Shown piece after piece: positions 32,938 through 52,105 of a DNA stretch of 64,000 bases; positions within the stretch are counted from its first letter, which is position 1; each line of letters starts with the position of its first letter. Below the pieces are notes generated by a model. It was not told the origin of the DNA, made no database searches, and worked only from the letters and a program-made list of their open reading frames with translations. Source of the DNA: the human T2T-CHM13v2.0 reference genome, Homo sapiens; assembly GCF_009914755.1 (NCBI RefSeq), contig NC_060925.1. One strand, given 5' to 3'. The position numbers were made by a program, and so were the translations under genes.

Positions 32938-33809
32938 CTCCTGACCCCGAGCTGTGCAGCCTTGGAAAGAGTTAAGACACAGACTTGGGAACAGGAGTCA
33001 AGATTTTCACCGTGTTCTCTTTGCAAGATGTGACAAACAAAAAAGACACCTAGAGCAATGGCTCGCAGTGGAGAATTGCCATCAGGCAATACCACAAAGT
33101 TATGGCTTCACATTAAAAGAGCTGACTTGAAAAAGCCTTATTCTGAGTAGGCTCTGAAGCAACTGCATAACAAACCTCTGTAGGAAAATATCAGAAACTC
33201 ACCCAGCTTCTTGTCTCTGGTCCTGTATCCAGTGTGAGCCTGTGGAAAGTTCTTGCCTCGCTTGTTGATGTCTTCTCTTTGCCTCCCTGTTGCTTGGTTC
33301 CTCCCAAACCCTTTCTTCCCAACCTTGACACGAACATCAGTACTTTCCCCAAAAAGGCCTTCAGGACCCAGGAACTCGAGTATGAAAAGCTGAACTCTTG
33401 GGACTGTGCCTGGGATACTCCAGGAGACCAGGGTGATAATTGAGCTTCTCTCCTCCTACACCTCTTTTGAGTTCCTGGAAAACACCAGGGATCAGATCTT
33501 GCTTTTAACTTCTTATGCCTTACAGAGACCAAAACAAGAGGGAATAAATGGACATTTCACTCCCAGAATTCTTCTCTTCACCTGGCCCTGGTCGGCCACC
33601 CAAGGAGGCCAGTTCAGGGAAAAACAGTTCCATTTGATTCTAGGTAGATGCTAGGATATTACTCCTCTAGTTAACATAAAGCGTTCTTTTGCTGTTTACT
33701 TTTGTCGGATATTCATGTTTTCACTCTCATTCTTTTGTTTCTAATGAGCGTGGTATAGATTTGCACCGTTCTTTTTGTTGTTGTTGTTTATTTTCTTTCC
33801 TTTTTACAT

Positions 33810-34125
33810 TTTTTATTTCCAACTTTTATTTTAAGTTCAGGGTACATGTGCAGGATGTGCAGGTTTGTCTCACAGGTAAACCTGTGTCATGGTGGTTTGA
33901 TGCACAGATCTTCCCATCACTCAGGTACTAAGCCCAGCATCCATTAGCTACTCTTTCTGATGCTCTCCCTCCTCCCAACCCCCACCCTCCAACAGGCTCC
34001 AGTGTCTGTTGTCCTTGCCCCCTAACCCCATTTATCCATGTGTTCTCGCATTCAGCTCCCAGTTATAAGTGAGAACACACGGTGTTTGGTTTTCTGTTTC
34101 TGTGTTAGCTTGCTAAAGATAATGT
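33810..34125 (-). mobile_element. L1P 3'UTR fragment
   Basis: TTTTATTTTAAGTTCAGGGTACATGTGCAGGATGTGCAGG...TATAAGTGAGAACA. Confidence 0.85.
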
Positions 34126-34136
34126 GCACTGCTTTT

Positions 34137-37720
<3,584 letters not shown>

Positions 37721-37802
37721 TAACTTCAAAAGCGTATGGAAAGGGCTAAATGAATGACAGTAAACAAACAAACAAACAAACAAACAAACAAAATAGAGAG
37801 AA

Positions 37803-38161
<359 letters not shown>

Positions 38162-38285
38162 TCATGTCGTATGGGAGACACGGAGGAGAGGCGGGTAAAG
38201 TTGGTCTTGCTCTGCCATTCCATGAGAGAATGTGCTGGGTAGAAGAAAGTTGCCAGCGGTTTAAGCATTTTTAAAATGCAAGAAA

Positions 38286-38361
38286 CGCTCAGTAGAACGA
38301 GCTTGAACCAGCCAACTCCAGACTTGGAAGCAAGCACACCACCCGACTGCGACATACGGAC
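38286..38361 (-). pseudogene. Highly decayed tRNA-Asn relic
   Basis: Minus strand GTCCGTATGTCGCAGTCGGGTGGTGTGCTTGC...GTTGGCTGGTTCAAGCTC aligns to tRNA-Asn; 5' flank is homologous to the flank of the 4828 gene at the same spacing. Confidence 0.6.
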
Positions 38362-38838
38362 AGTCGACCCTCGCTCCGGCATCACCATGCAGAGCAAGCG
38401 CCCATCCAATGCTAGGCGGAGCCACCGTCTTTTGCAGAACAATTGTGCAGGTTCCAAAGCCTCGGAAAACCGGAGAGGCGCATCTTGCCGGCTACGGTTG
38501 AAACCCGTTCACTGGGTGATTCTGAAGCTAGAAGGGCAGCCGAATGGCCTTTCCCCCGTCCTGCCCCTCGTCCACTGTAAGCTCAGGGGGGAGCGAGACC
38601 CAGGGAGGTGAAGTGCACAGACTCGGCAGAGGCGGCGGGCAGAACCGCGGGGGTGAGAGGGCGCGGTGGCTGTGGGGCGGGAGCCGCTGCTGAAAGGAGG
38701 CCTGGGTTGTTGGGAGGGTGACTGTCCGTGGAATCTTTGGCGGAGGGTGGTTTGGAAGAATGGCGAGGGGAGAGCAGAGGAGAAGGTGGTGACCCTGATC
38801 GTCGGCCAGGGGAGAGTAGGCTGTGCTGTCCCTCCTCT

Positions 38839-39009
38839 CCCCTTATGTGGCGGGGGACATACAGTGGTCAGGAAGGGGGTTCTCCCTGGAGGAGGCTAGT
38901 CCACCACACTTCGGCTCCGCTGACCCCTGCGATTTCTCCACATGCGGGGCCCTCGTCCGCGGTGGTGTTTGCGCTATCCGGCGGCTGGGTTCGCGCACTC
39001 ACTCTCCTG
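38839..39009 (+). pseudogene. Highly diverged U1 snRNA pseudogene
   Basis: Colinear with U1 throughout: CTTATGTGGCGGGGGACATAC...GGAAGGGGGTTCTCCC...GAGGCTAGTCCA...GCTGACCCCTGCGATTTCTCCA...GGTTCGCGC; 5' end and Sm site destroyed. Confidence 0.85.
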
Positions 39010-39947
39010 ACATGCCTTGGCTCACCGCCGATGTGGATATCGCCGCCAGGGACCCTTCCCGCCCTCCTACGAATCTTGAGTGCGCTTCCTTGGTGTTCTC
39101 ACCGAAGCTTACGAACAGACAGATGTGAGCTCTCTGTCTTTTACACGCTGAATTTGGCTATAGCAAAAAAGCCTTGACCAAGAGCTTGGGTCTCCTTCGG
39201 ACCTGCACACGACTCCCCAACTCCCGCCTGCAACGGCGGCTCTTGGATCCCGGGCAGGCAGCGTCCACCCAGCGTGGAACCGTGGCAGCCGCAGCCCCCG
39301 CAGGTTGGAGGGCAGACACTAGCAGGAGAAAGGCCACAAGGCCTGCGTGGTGGGAAAGCATGGGAGACGTCGCTTTCCTACCGGGCGAGAAGGTCTCCCT
39401 ACAGTCTTTGGAGACAAGATGGAGGGAGGCACCCCTTCCAGGAACAAGGCGGCTGCTCCTGAGGCCTGGCTCCGCACGGAGGCTCCTGGGTCCCGCGCGC
39501 CCTCTCCCTACCCGCTGTAGCCAGAGCTGCTTCACATATCTCAACCGGCCTCCTCCTCCTCCCCAGCCGTCCTTGGGACAGCAAGGCCCCCAGCCCGTGG
39601 GAAAGACCTAGCCTCCTCTCCAGCACTTGGAGAGGGAGTTGGATGCACGTCTCTTAACCCCAGGAGGACAGAGACCCTGAGGCAGGAGGGGACCCCTTCC
39701 CTTGCTGCTTCTCTTGGCACAGCCGGTCCAGGGGGCTGGCTCAGGGCCCAGGACTCCTCGCTCCTCCTGGAGGGCCTGGGTCGCGTGGCCCAGGAGCTGG
39801 CCACATGGGCATCTCCCGCACTGCTCCTCAGGGAACGGGAGGCATTATCCTGCAGGGCCCACTCTTACCCATGAAAGACACTCGGGAAATGCTCCTGCGG
39901 AAGCTGGAGCTCTGCGCGTTTGACCACTTAGTCTGTCCGCCCATCCT

Positions 39948-40013
39948 TCCTTCGGAGGGTCTTGGGGAGAGAAGAAATGCTCCTTCGGAGGGTCTTGGGG
40001 AGAGAAGAAATGC
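39948..40013 (+). repeat. Perfect 33-bp tandem duplication
   Basis: TCCTTCGGAGGGTCTTGGGGAGAGAAGAAATGC twice. Confidence 0.95.
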
Positions 40014-42294
40014 TCGAGGACGATGCGCTTTGCAGCGTCTCTACCAACATCAGAAGAAAGCAGGGCGCGTCTTCCTGGAAGAAGGCGGCCGGAGGCCTGC
40101 GGTCGCAGGGAGGCTTGCGGGGCAGGAACGCCCTATCTCCGCCGTGCTATCCAGCGGCTTGCAGCATCCCACCTGGCGGACTCCTCTTCCTCTCTCTTCT
40201 ACTGTGGCTCTTCTATCCTGGTGTCCCTTGAATGCCTATCTTCCTTTTGTGCCTCCAAACCTCTCACGCCCGCCCCAAGTTACTCATTTCCTTAGTTGTT
40301 CTGAACTTTAAATAAGGTAATGCATGTAAGATTGCATAAATGCTCAATAATTGTCATCTGTTATTATTTTCATCAGTAACATCATCTGAATCATCAGTAT
40401 TGTCTATTTTTAACAGCTGCATTTTTCATTGTCCGAATATAGTCACATACATTTGAACATTTTATAATTATTGAATAATAAATTCGTTCTGCTATTTTAC
40501 AATAAAAAATAATGCTGCAGAGTGTATTCTTACACATATATCTTGGCAGATGTAGGCCAGAGGCTCTTCTTTGGCCATTCTGTGGCCAACCTATCAATGT
40601 ATACACTTTTAATGAGATTTTGCCAGCAATCAAAGCCTTCAGTGAAAATGTCCCTAGCTCTTTACTACATCGGATCAAGGACTCTGGACAGTAGGCACAA
40701 CATCCTGGAATATTGTGGAATATCTCCTGAAACGGAGATATTATTCTCTCCTCTCCTCTTTTGTCTTTGTCTTTTCACAACATCTTAATGACAGTGCTGG
40801 CGACAAGAGTGTAACTATATGTCAGTGTTCTGCTGTCCTTGCCTGTGTGGGTCTTCTCCCAAACCCGACTTTCCTCCAGCAGCTTCACTGAAAAAGAGGA
40901 GGGGGCTGCGGGGGTGGGGGGAGTGGGGCGGGGAGGGGAGGAGGAAATAAACTGAATAGGGAGGAAGCAGCTCACAGGCCAGGAGAGGGTAAGGAAGGGA
41001 GTCAAGGACAGAATTTTCTTCAGCAAACAGTAAAAGGGGAAATCTGGGGACGCTAAGAGTTTTTAAACCCTTTGCTCCATCACATAAGTAATCTATGATT
41101 TTCTGTTACACAAATCAGGACTCCTACTCCTCCCTCCTTCCCCACCCCCAATCCTGATTCCTGTTTACAAAGAATGTTCAAAAACAAGGAATTATGTATA
41201 ACAGTTCCCAGTTTACTCAGGAAATTCTCAGATTACAAAGAGACTTTACGAATAACAAGTGAAGAGAAGAACCTTAGTGGTTCCAACATAGTATGGCCAT
41301 TGTTTTATACTCAAAATATAGAAAGACAACCTCAGAATAGAATTGAATAAATCAAGTTTATCATTAAAACGCAAAGAAAAAAAAACTCTCCAAACGTTGC
41401 TGATCTTCTGTTTTAAACTACTGTTAGACTGGTGAGCTGGAGAGCCGGGGGAATCCACCAAAGATTTTTGGATGAAAATTAATCATCCCTTGTCCACCGT
41501 AGTCGCACCCCAATGCCCCTCAGATCCAGTCCTTCGAAGGAGTGTCCAAGAGGTATAAAGCAAAACCGGAAAAACAGTTCCCAAATTCTGGAGTTTGTTT
41601 TCTCTCATTAAAAATATAAATATCAGGCTAACACCTATTGACACACAATAACAGGGACACAGAATCCCTCCCGGAAGACCCATGGGCCCACGGACCCCGC
41701 GGATGCCACAGTGGTTGACGAGGTTAAGTAACTGGGTTCAGGGTGTCTGGGCATACCTGTGCGTGAGACTCTGTCTCCGCTGCTCCCCTCATCTCCACTG
41801 CTCCCCTCGTCTCCCCACGATCCTCCCTTTTCCTTGGGCCGCTGATGGCTCTCCGACCCACGAAGAGTCTCCCTGGCCCCTGCAGCTCTCTCCTTCCCAG
41901 ACCTTTACTTCTTGATCCTCACTCCATAGTGAGATGTGGCCTAAGGTAGGGGAAAGTCCAGCACGAGAATCCGTCTGATGGCCTTTGGATTACTCAGGGG
42001 TGTGCCCGGAGACTAGATGAAAGTAGCAAAGGCTTTATTTAGTTCCCAGTACTCCAAACTGCAGCAAACCACCGGAAACACCCCCACTTTCAAAGACAGG
42101 CTTTGAGCAGAGGAAATGTAATTTCAAGATTAGATCCAGCACAGAGAATATTCCAGAGGTGGCAGGTTTAGCTTCCAGCCACCACGACTCAAGGCCCCTA
42201 AATGCTGTACAGCCTGTGTAGTACAATAACTTTGTTGGCTAGAAATGTAATAGCCCTTCAAGCATGAACTTGGAGCATGAAGGGTAAGAAGGCC

Positions 42295-42365
42295 TGCTTT
42301 GGCCGGGAGTTGAACCCAGGTCTCCCGCGTAGGTGGGGAGAATGCCACCGCTGAACTACCAATGC
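42295..42365 (-). pseudogene. tRNA-Gly-body pseudogene with CCT anticodon
   Basis: Minus strand GCATTGGTAGTTCAGCGGTGGCATTCTCCCCACCTACGCGGGAGACCTGGGTTCAACTCCCGGCCAAAGCA; loop CACCTAC; B box intact. Confidence 0.85.
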
Positions 42366-43832
42366 TCCACTGAGTGCGGTTTCACTAGATCTAATTTTGA
42401 AGAGTCTCTGGAAGGACTTTGAAGCAGTGTTTCTAAAATAGATTTGTATAGGACTCTTGAGTAGACACACCGAGCAAACAGAAAGGACACCCAGAGCAAA
42501 GCCTTGCATAGGAGACGTATGTCAGGCAACATTATCAAGTTATTTATAATGGCATTTAAATCAACATACCAGATTTGAAAGAGCCTAATTGTGAAACAGG
42601 CTCTATACAACTAGATAACAGACCTCTATGGAAATACACAGGAAATTCATCCAGGCCTTTGTCTCTGGTCCCAGATCTGGCAAAAACCTCTGGAAATTTC
42701 ATTTCCTCACTGATGATGTAATCTTTTTGCCAACCCATGCCTTGGTGTTTCCCAAACTCTTTCCTCTCAACCTTGAGACAATCACAAATTCTTTCCCTAA
42801 ACAGGCTTTCAAAGACCCAGGAGCTGGAGATTTAGGGATGTGTCCAGGTTACCCTGGAAGATCTGTGGGATGATGGAGCTTCTCTTCCTCTACACCTCTT
42901 TTGAGTCATGTGAAAAAGCCAAGTATCTTGCTTCTAAATTCATATGTTTTTGAGAAACCTACAAAGGTGAGAGTGAGTGAAAGTTCACTCCAATATTTCT
43001 TTTCTTAACTACACTCTCTTTGGCCACTCCAGGAGGCATGTTGAGTGGCACGGTCATTCCAGGGACCCAGAGCTTTTCTCCTCAGATGCGTCTTTTGAGT
43101 CTCTAGAAAAGTCAAGGATCAAAATGACTGTCTTCCAAACTTTTGTGTCTTACAGAGATCTGCACAAGAGAGAAAGTGAAAATTTCACTCCAAGATTTCT
43201 TCCCTTGGCAAACAACAGAAGGTTTAGGACAAGCCTTTTCTCTAAGTGCCTGTTGCTTTGTTAGCTCTGTTTTCCAAAGACATCTGTGTAAGCCTATTAT
43301 AGAACATTCCCACCCCCATCCCCCCTGCCCCTTCATGCCTGCTTATAACACTAGAGTTTTTTTTTTTTTTTTTAAACCCATGAGAGGTTATACTACATGG
43401 AACACTGATGGTTCAGTAATGGAATTGTCAACTCCCATGCTGGAGACTGGGGTTTAACTCATAGGGTGAATGCATCTCATGTCCGAATCTCCTCTAGCCC
43501 CCTTCCCCTTTCTTTCCTCCCTCCCGAGCTTACATACCTTTCTTAGCGGCCTGTGTTCTTATCCTCTCTAGAAAGGACCAGTCTTGTAAGAACCCTCTGG
43601 GCTGGGGTTGAACCACACTCTATATTCCAGCAGTGCCAGAAGCTCAGCTAATCTGCACCTGGATCTTGGGAGGGCAGGGATGGAGGTGGCTGAGGAACTA
43701 CCTGCTTCTACTTGGGTGTCAAGGGTCAACTAGCAGCATCTCCAGGGCCAGATATTGAGCCAGATGGTCAGCATTTCCCTCTGGCAGTTGGCAGAGGGTT
43801 ATTAAAGTTACCTTTTTCTTCTTCCCTCCTAG

Positions 43833-44195
<363 letters not shown>

Positions 44196-45322
44196 TAGAT
44201 AGCTTGCAACAGCTTGCCTCCCTCCGTCTCTCACTCCCTCCCTGCCCTTTCCCTTGCCTTGCACAGTTGTGCAATGGGGGAGGGACACTGGACAGCAGTG
44301 GGGGTGGGGGGCACTGGGTACTCCTGTCCCTGAGTGTTTGTCAGGCTGACACTTGAGGACTCTTTGAGGTCAGGGGGCCAGAGGGTTGATGCTTCTAGCC
44401 CTCTTAGGGTGAAAATGAAGGGCAGAATAAGGAATAAAAGGCAAGAAAAATGAGATTCTTCATAATAGCTATTTTTGAGTAAGATTGGTATCTTTTTTTT
44501 TTATCTGAGTGCCCAGATAGTCATTCACTTATTCAACAAATTCTTGAGCACCTGCTGATGTGCCAGGCACTGTTACCTTTGCTGAGAATACCGCAAAAAT
44601 TTCCACCCTCCTGTAACATTTTGATAGTATCCTCAGCTGCAGCTCAGCCCCACCTGTTCTGAGGTGCATCTTTGAGCTCTGGCTAAGAGGTACATAGTGA
44701 TTTGAGAAACCCTGACCATCAGGAAGTACCAGAAGTTCTATTTCTAGAATTTCAGAGGTGCAGACTAACCTGTGTTCAGTTGACCGTGGCTCTGGGGTAT
44801 TGGTTGGAACCAGAGGAGCTGTGTTAGCTGGTCGATTCCTTCTTGAACACTGCCTCTGCCTATGTTCTTTCTGGGGCTGGAGAAGCACTGGTGGTAGGTC
44901 ATGATTTGGCAAGTGATACAGCAGCAGACCAGTGGTAAATTTAAAATAGTTTCTAAGGCTTATTTAACCTGTACCAAGAGATGTAAACTCACGATAAGGG
45001 GTATTTCTCAGGTCTGTCAGTTATTAAACACAGTGGTGTGTATAGTCAAAGGAAGCTTGGCACGTCTTAGAAGCCTATTATCAGTAAAGTGGTAAAAAAA
45101 AGAAAATCATAATTCAGATTCTACTCATCTGGCTCGTGTGCTAATGCACATGGTGAATGGTTTAGGTTAGCTTTATGAGGAAAATGGTCTCTTCATGACA
45201 AATATATAACAAGGTAGCAGGAGAAATGCTGAGTGTTTAAGGAAGCAGAGTTTAAGTTACTGTCATTCCTTACAAGTGATTTATGTAGTCATTAGCAAGC
45301 GATCCCTTGCCTAGGTTGACAT

Positions 45323-46954
<1,632 letters not shown>

Positions 46955-47474
46955 TCTATTAATATCTTTGAAGAATTGACAGCATTTCTGTAAGTAGCAC
47001 CTAAATCTCACCACCTAAATGCATTCGGGTTCTTCCCTCCCTCCTGTGCCTGTCCTTGTTAGCCTACATTGGTGAGATGACTCCGCAGCATACGATGGCT
47101 AATATAATAGTACAAACTGAAGAGGAGAGAATGGTAAAGATGCTTTCTGATTCTACAAATGCAAAGAAAGGGCGTATGACACAATAATGCAGTGTGGGCA
47201 TGTTTTAGCGCTTTCTGGTTCAAGGGGCCAAGGCCACCCAAGATTCCATCTTTGCATTTAGCTGACCTCAGAAATTCTATTCAAATCAACAAATACCCAC
47301 TGAGTAAAGGCTGTGTCAAGTTCAGTGTCAGGAGCTATAACTGTGATTTTAGATCAGAAGCCAAAGGCCGAGTTAGCTCTAAAATCGGAAGTTTGTTTCA
47401 CATTATTGGGAGAAAAGTCTTTACCATTGGATTTCGAGTTTTTCTTTGCAATGGAGTGTTCTGTGAAAGGGTGG

Positions 47475-47889
47475 TGTAAGCAAAGCAGTCCCTCAAAGGC
47501 CAAAGGAGCTGAGAAACCAAAGGACAAGGCAGGCAAATCCAGTTTGTTGGTACATTGGAATTTATCAGGGGAACTTACGAACAGAAGCATGGTCTTGGAC
47601 AGCCACAAAACATGTAGATCTCTGTGTTACTCCCCAGACCCAAGGCTGATATACCATAGGGAAAGGGTATATGTGCTCCAGCAAGACAATCGAAGGCAGC
47701 CCTCTGCAATAGCCAAGAATGCTATAGTGCATCATAGCCTATAATTTGTGTGATAACATTAAGGTTGACATGTTCTTAGACTAGGGACAGTAAATGAAGT
47801 AGGAATCGGGAGGCAATCACAGGACTGGGGCTAATCAGAAGTCAACATCACAGATTACCATCCAAGAGGGAGTCACTTGTGTCTCCACA
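47475..47889 (-). mobile_element. Solo LTR (LTR47-like) abutting a splice acceptor
   Basis: TG...CA termini; minus strand starts TGTGGAGACACAAGTGACTCCCCTCTTGGATG. Confidence 0.6.
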
Positions 47890-47915
47890 TGGAGTTTACC
47901 CCTACTCTCTTCCAG

Positions 47916-48052
47916 GTAAAAAGGGGGTATACATGACTGATATTACACCTCAAGGTGTGGCTATGAGAGCTGGAGTTCTGGCTGATGATCACTTGATTGA
48001 AGTGAATGGAGAGAATGTAGAGGATGCCAGCCATGAGGAAGTGGTTGAAAAG
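47916..48052 (+). CDS. PDZK1P1: PDZK1-like exon (PDZ2)
   Basis: 137 nt, [17 protein letters not shown]...HEEVVEK. Confidence 0.88.
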
Positions 48053-48343
48053 GTATGCCCCAAAGGGTACTTTTCTTACCCTATCTTCCACTCTATTCTC
48101 ATTGGAGGTGACAGGAAGACAGGGGTGGTAGGGGACAGCATGAGTTTATGATGGAAAAAATATCCAGTTGAGTTGCCCCTTCATATTAAGGGTGAACAGA
48201 CTCACACTAGTGGTATAAGCAGTGTTAATATAGGGTTTTGGAATAAAGCCTTCCCTAGTTTCACATGAGGTCTACAAAATTATTAACTTTACCTTTTGGA
48301 TCTTGTTTGTATCTGATTGGGAGCCCCCTCTGAACTGTTTGAT

Positions 48344-49281
<938 letters not shown>

Positions 49282-49440
49282 TTAGCTGGTAGGGCATAGT
49301 GTAACAGCTTAAACTCAGGCCTTTCATCCCCTATCTTTTGTTGAACCTAGAGACTGTGTGCCTTTATACAGAAACTTTCTTATTCCCCAGCATTGTTCTT
49401 GGGGGTTGATGTCATTCCTCATCTGTGTGTGTTGTTACAG

Positions 49441-49636
49441 GTGAAGAAGTCAGGAAGCCGTGTCATGTTCCTGCTGGTGGACAAAGAAACTGACAAGCGT
49501 CATGTTGAGCAGAAGATACAATTCAAAAGAGAAACAGCCAGTTTGAAACTGTTACCCCACCAGCCCCGAATTGTGGAGATGAAGAAAGGAAGCAATGGCT
49601 ATGGTTTCTATCTGAGGGCAGGCTCAGAACAGAAAG
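49441..49636 (+). CDS. PDZK1P1: PDZK1-like exon (PDZ2/PDZ3)
   Basis: 196 nt, [16 protein letters not shown]...[14 protein letters not shown]. Confidence 0.88.
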
Positions 49637-51908
49637 GTAAGGTACAAGAGCAGGAAACTTGGCAGTAACCAGCAAATTCCTCATCCCATTCTGACTCCAG
49701 AGTTCCATTAGGTTCCCAACTCCCAGCCAGATGCATGAGCGGCATAGCATAGAAGGCACAGCTGGGTCAGCGTCTATGTCACATGAGGGTCTGATGTTGG
49801 GCATCAAAAGTTTCCACAGCATTATGATAAGGCAGAATTTGGGATCTGGGCAACGGTATCCTGGTAAGTTAGCTCTCTGGGGCGGGGGTAGGGGGAAATC
49901 CAAATTGGTAGCGTTTGTTTTTGGTACCAAATTGGTAGTATTTTGTGATGTAAATACTCCTCCCATGTCCAATTTCAACTTACTAACACGATGTCACTGA
50001 ACACAATGAAGTGTTGCACAGAATTGGCTTTTGTGAGCCGGTGTGAGCCAGTATAGCACACCGCTGGACCTGAGGCCGAGGTGTGGGTGAGGATTTGGGA
50101 CTCAGAACCAGGAGTCCTCCTTCCTTGCAACTCAATAGGAAGAACACTAGGTTCTTTCAGGGAAGGTAAATACATAAAAGAACATGAGTTCAGGCCGTAT
50201 AAACTGCTATTCGCCCATAAGTTGTTATTTTCTTTTCACTCTCTGTTTACATTAATTTATCAAATATTAATTTGGTTTGTGTTTTGTAAAAACATCCTCA
50301 GTGCCTTGGAGAAAGAATATCATATGAAGCAGACAGGAATTCTTTAGTCAAGGAGTCTACCATTTAGTAGATAAGAGACATATGTCCATAATGAAGGGAG
50401 ATAGAGGTTAAGTACCTTCATACAGGGGCAGATCAAGCACTGTGATAATTCAACATTAGAGTAAGCTTTTCTCACTAAAAAGGTACCAGAAGCCCTCATA
50501 GTAGGGGTGGCACTTGAGTTCAGGCTTTGTAACATGAATAGATTTGGGAAAGTAGACAGAGCTGGGATAAGGAAGATCATTCCAGGAAGGTGGGAGTCAT
50601 GTGAACACAGTCAGGAGACACTGGCACAGTTTAATTGGCACATGATGTGTAGTACAAGAATTCGTTGGAAAGGTAGGTTGGAGAGAAGTGACAAGGGTAC
50701 TTCTATGCAAGACTGATGAGTTTGAACTTGGCTTATCAGACAATGGGGAGTTGTTTTTTGAGCAGTATAAGGGAGAAGAACAAAAACCAGCCTATAATGT
50801 CTTGGGGGCTTTGCACATCTCAATTACTCCTAACAATTACGCAAGAAGAACTGCTGAAATTGAGGGCTTGGAGAAGATACAGTAATTATGTAAGGTCAAA
50901 TAGTTGTTTAGTTCCAAAGCCCATGCTCATTCTGTTGCACCAGGAAGTGACTTGGTTAGGAATGTGCATCAAGATGGATCTGAAGGCAGATCTGTATCAG
51001 ACAGAAGGACTGGGGAAGGGAAAGCAGTAGGTAAGGTGCTGTAATAGTTTAGGTAGAATTCTAGGCAGGAACTAATACAAACTGCATTCAGGGTAGAAGA
51101 AGTGGGATGTGTAAGGTATTATGGTAGCATCAGAGGACTTAGCAATCGTCTAGATATGGGGACTGGATGCTGGGGAAAAATCAGTTGCCAAGTGTTGGTG
51201 ACTGGGATGATGTTGCTCCACTAACAGGTAACCAAGAGGAGGGGCTTTGGGATGGAGAATGGGCAGAGCTGATTTTTGGTTTGAATACATTACAGTTGAG
51301 AGATCTATGAGATATTTTGTTGGAGATACCCAGCAGCTAGCTGGAAAAGTGAAACAGGAACTTGTTAAAAAAAAAAAAAAAAAAAGCAGCATCTGGTGAA
51401 GATACCAGAAGGCCAAAGGCACCTGGAGGCATGTATATACAAATATATTCAAAACCGAACACACCCAATTGCTACTAAAATGCCAGCATGGGTTTCTTAA
51501 GGTCCAAAGTTTTGGGTTTTGTTCTTTATTCTTCCCCATCTTTTATGACAGCTTTTACATAAGACGCGTGGCTACAAGTATGCCCACTGACTTTCTGGGA
51601 ACTTGCAGCCTTTTAATATGCTATTTTGCCAAAATCAAATGTCAGATGCTTTTAGTAACAGGATTATTTTCGTTAAGACCCCTTCATTGTTAATTGCTGG
51701 GTTAGTTTCTGGGGTGAGTTCTGAGCAGGAAACGAGCCTAGATAGTGTGCTTATAAGCTTCCTGGGATGCTGGTGGAAGGGGTGGTAGTTGTACTCAGCA
51801 TGCCTTTTTTATCTATTTCATCAGGGCTTTGGGCTCCAGCAGAAAATCTGTTTTATTTTTTTAGGGGACTTACTGATAATTTTATTTTTTGGGGTTGGGG
51901 GAGGGTAG

Positions 51909-52105
51909 GTCAAATCATCAAGGACATAGATTCTGGAAGTCCAGCAGAGGAGGCTGGCTTGAAGAACAATGATCTGGTAGTTGCTGTCAACGGCGAGTCT
52001 GTGGAAACCCTGGATCATGACAGTGTGGTAGAAATGATTAGAAAGGGTGGAGATCAGACTTCACTGTTGGTGGTAGACAAAGAGACGGACAACATGGACA
52101 GACTG
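51909..52105 (+). CDS. PDZK1P1: PDZK1-like exon (PDZ3)
   Basis: 197 nt, [21 protein letters not shown]...ETDNMDRL. Confidence 0.88.

Larger units (their letters stand above)
38300..40150. promoter_or_regulatory. CpG island, candidate acquired promoter for the PDZK1 duplicate
   Basis: GC/CpG-rich, CCAAT near 38405, GC box GGGGCGGG near 38674; nearest island 5' of the PDZK1-like exons. Confidence 0.6.

Noticed and set aside
38276-40311. Many overlapping 100-168 aa ORFs
   Set aside because: Expected from stop-poor GC-rich sequence; no recognisable domain. The ADPCDF match to the ORF at 14567 only reflects U1 homology
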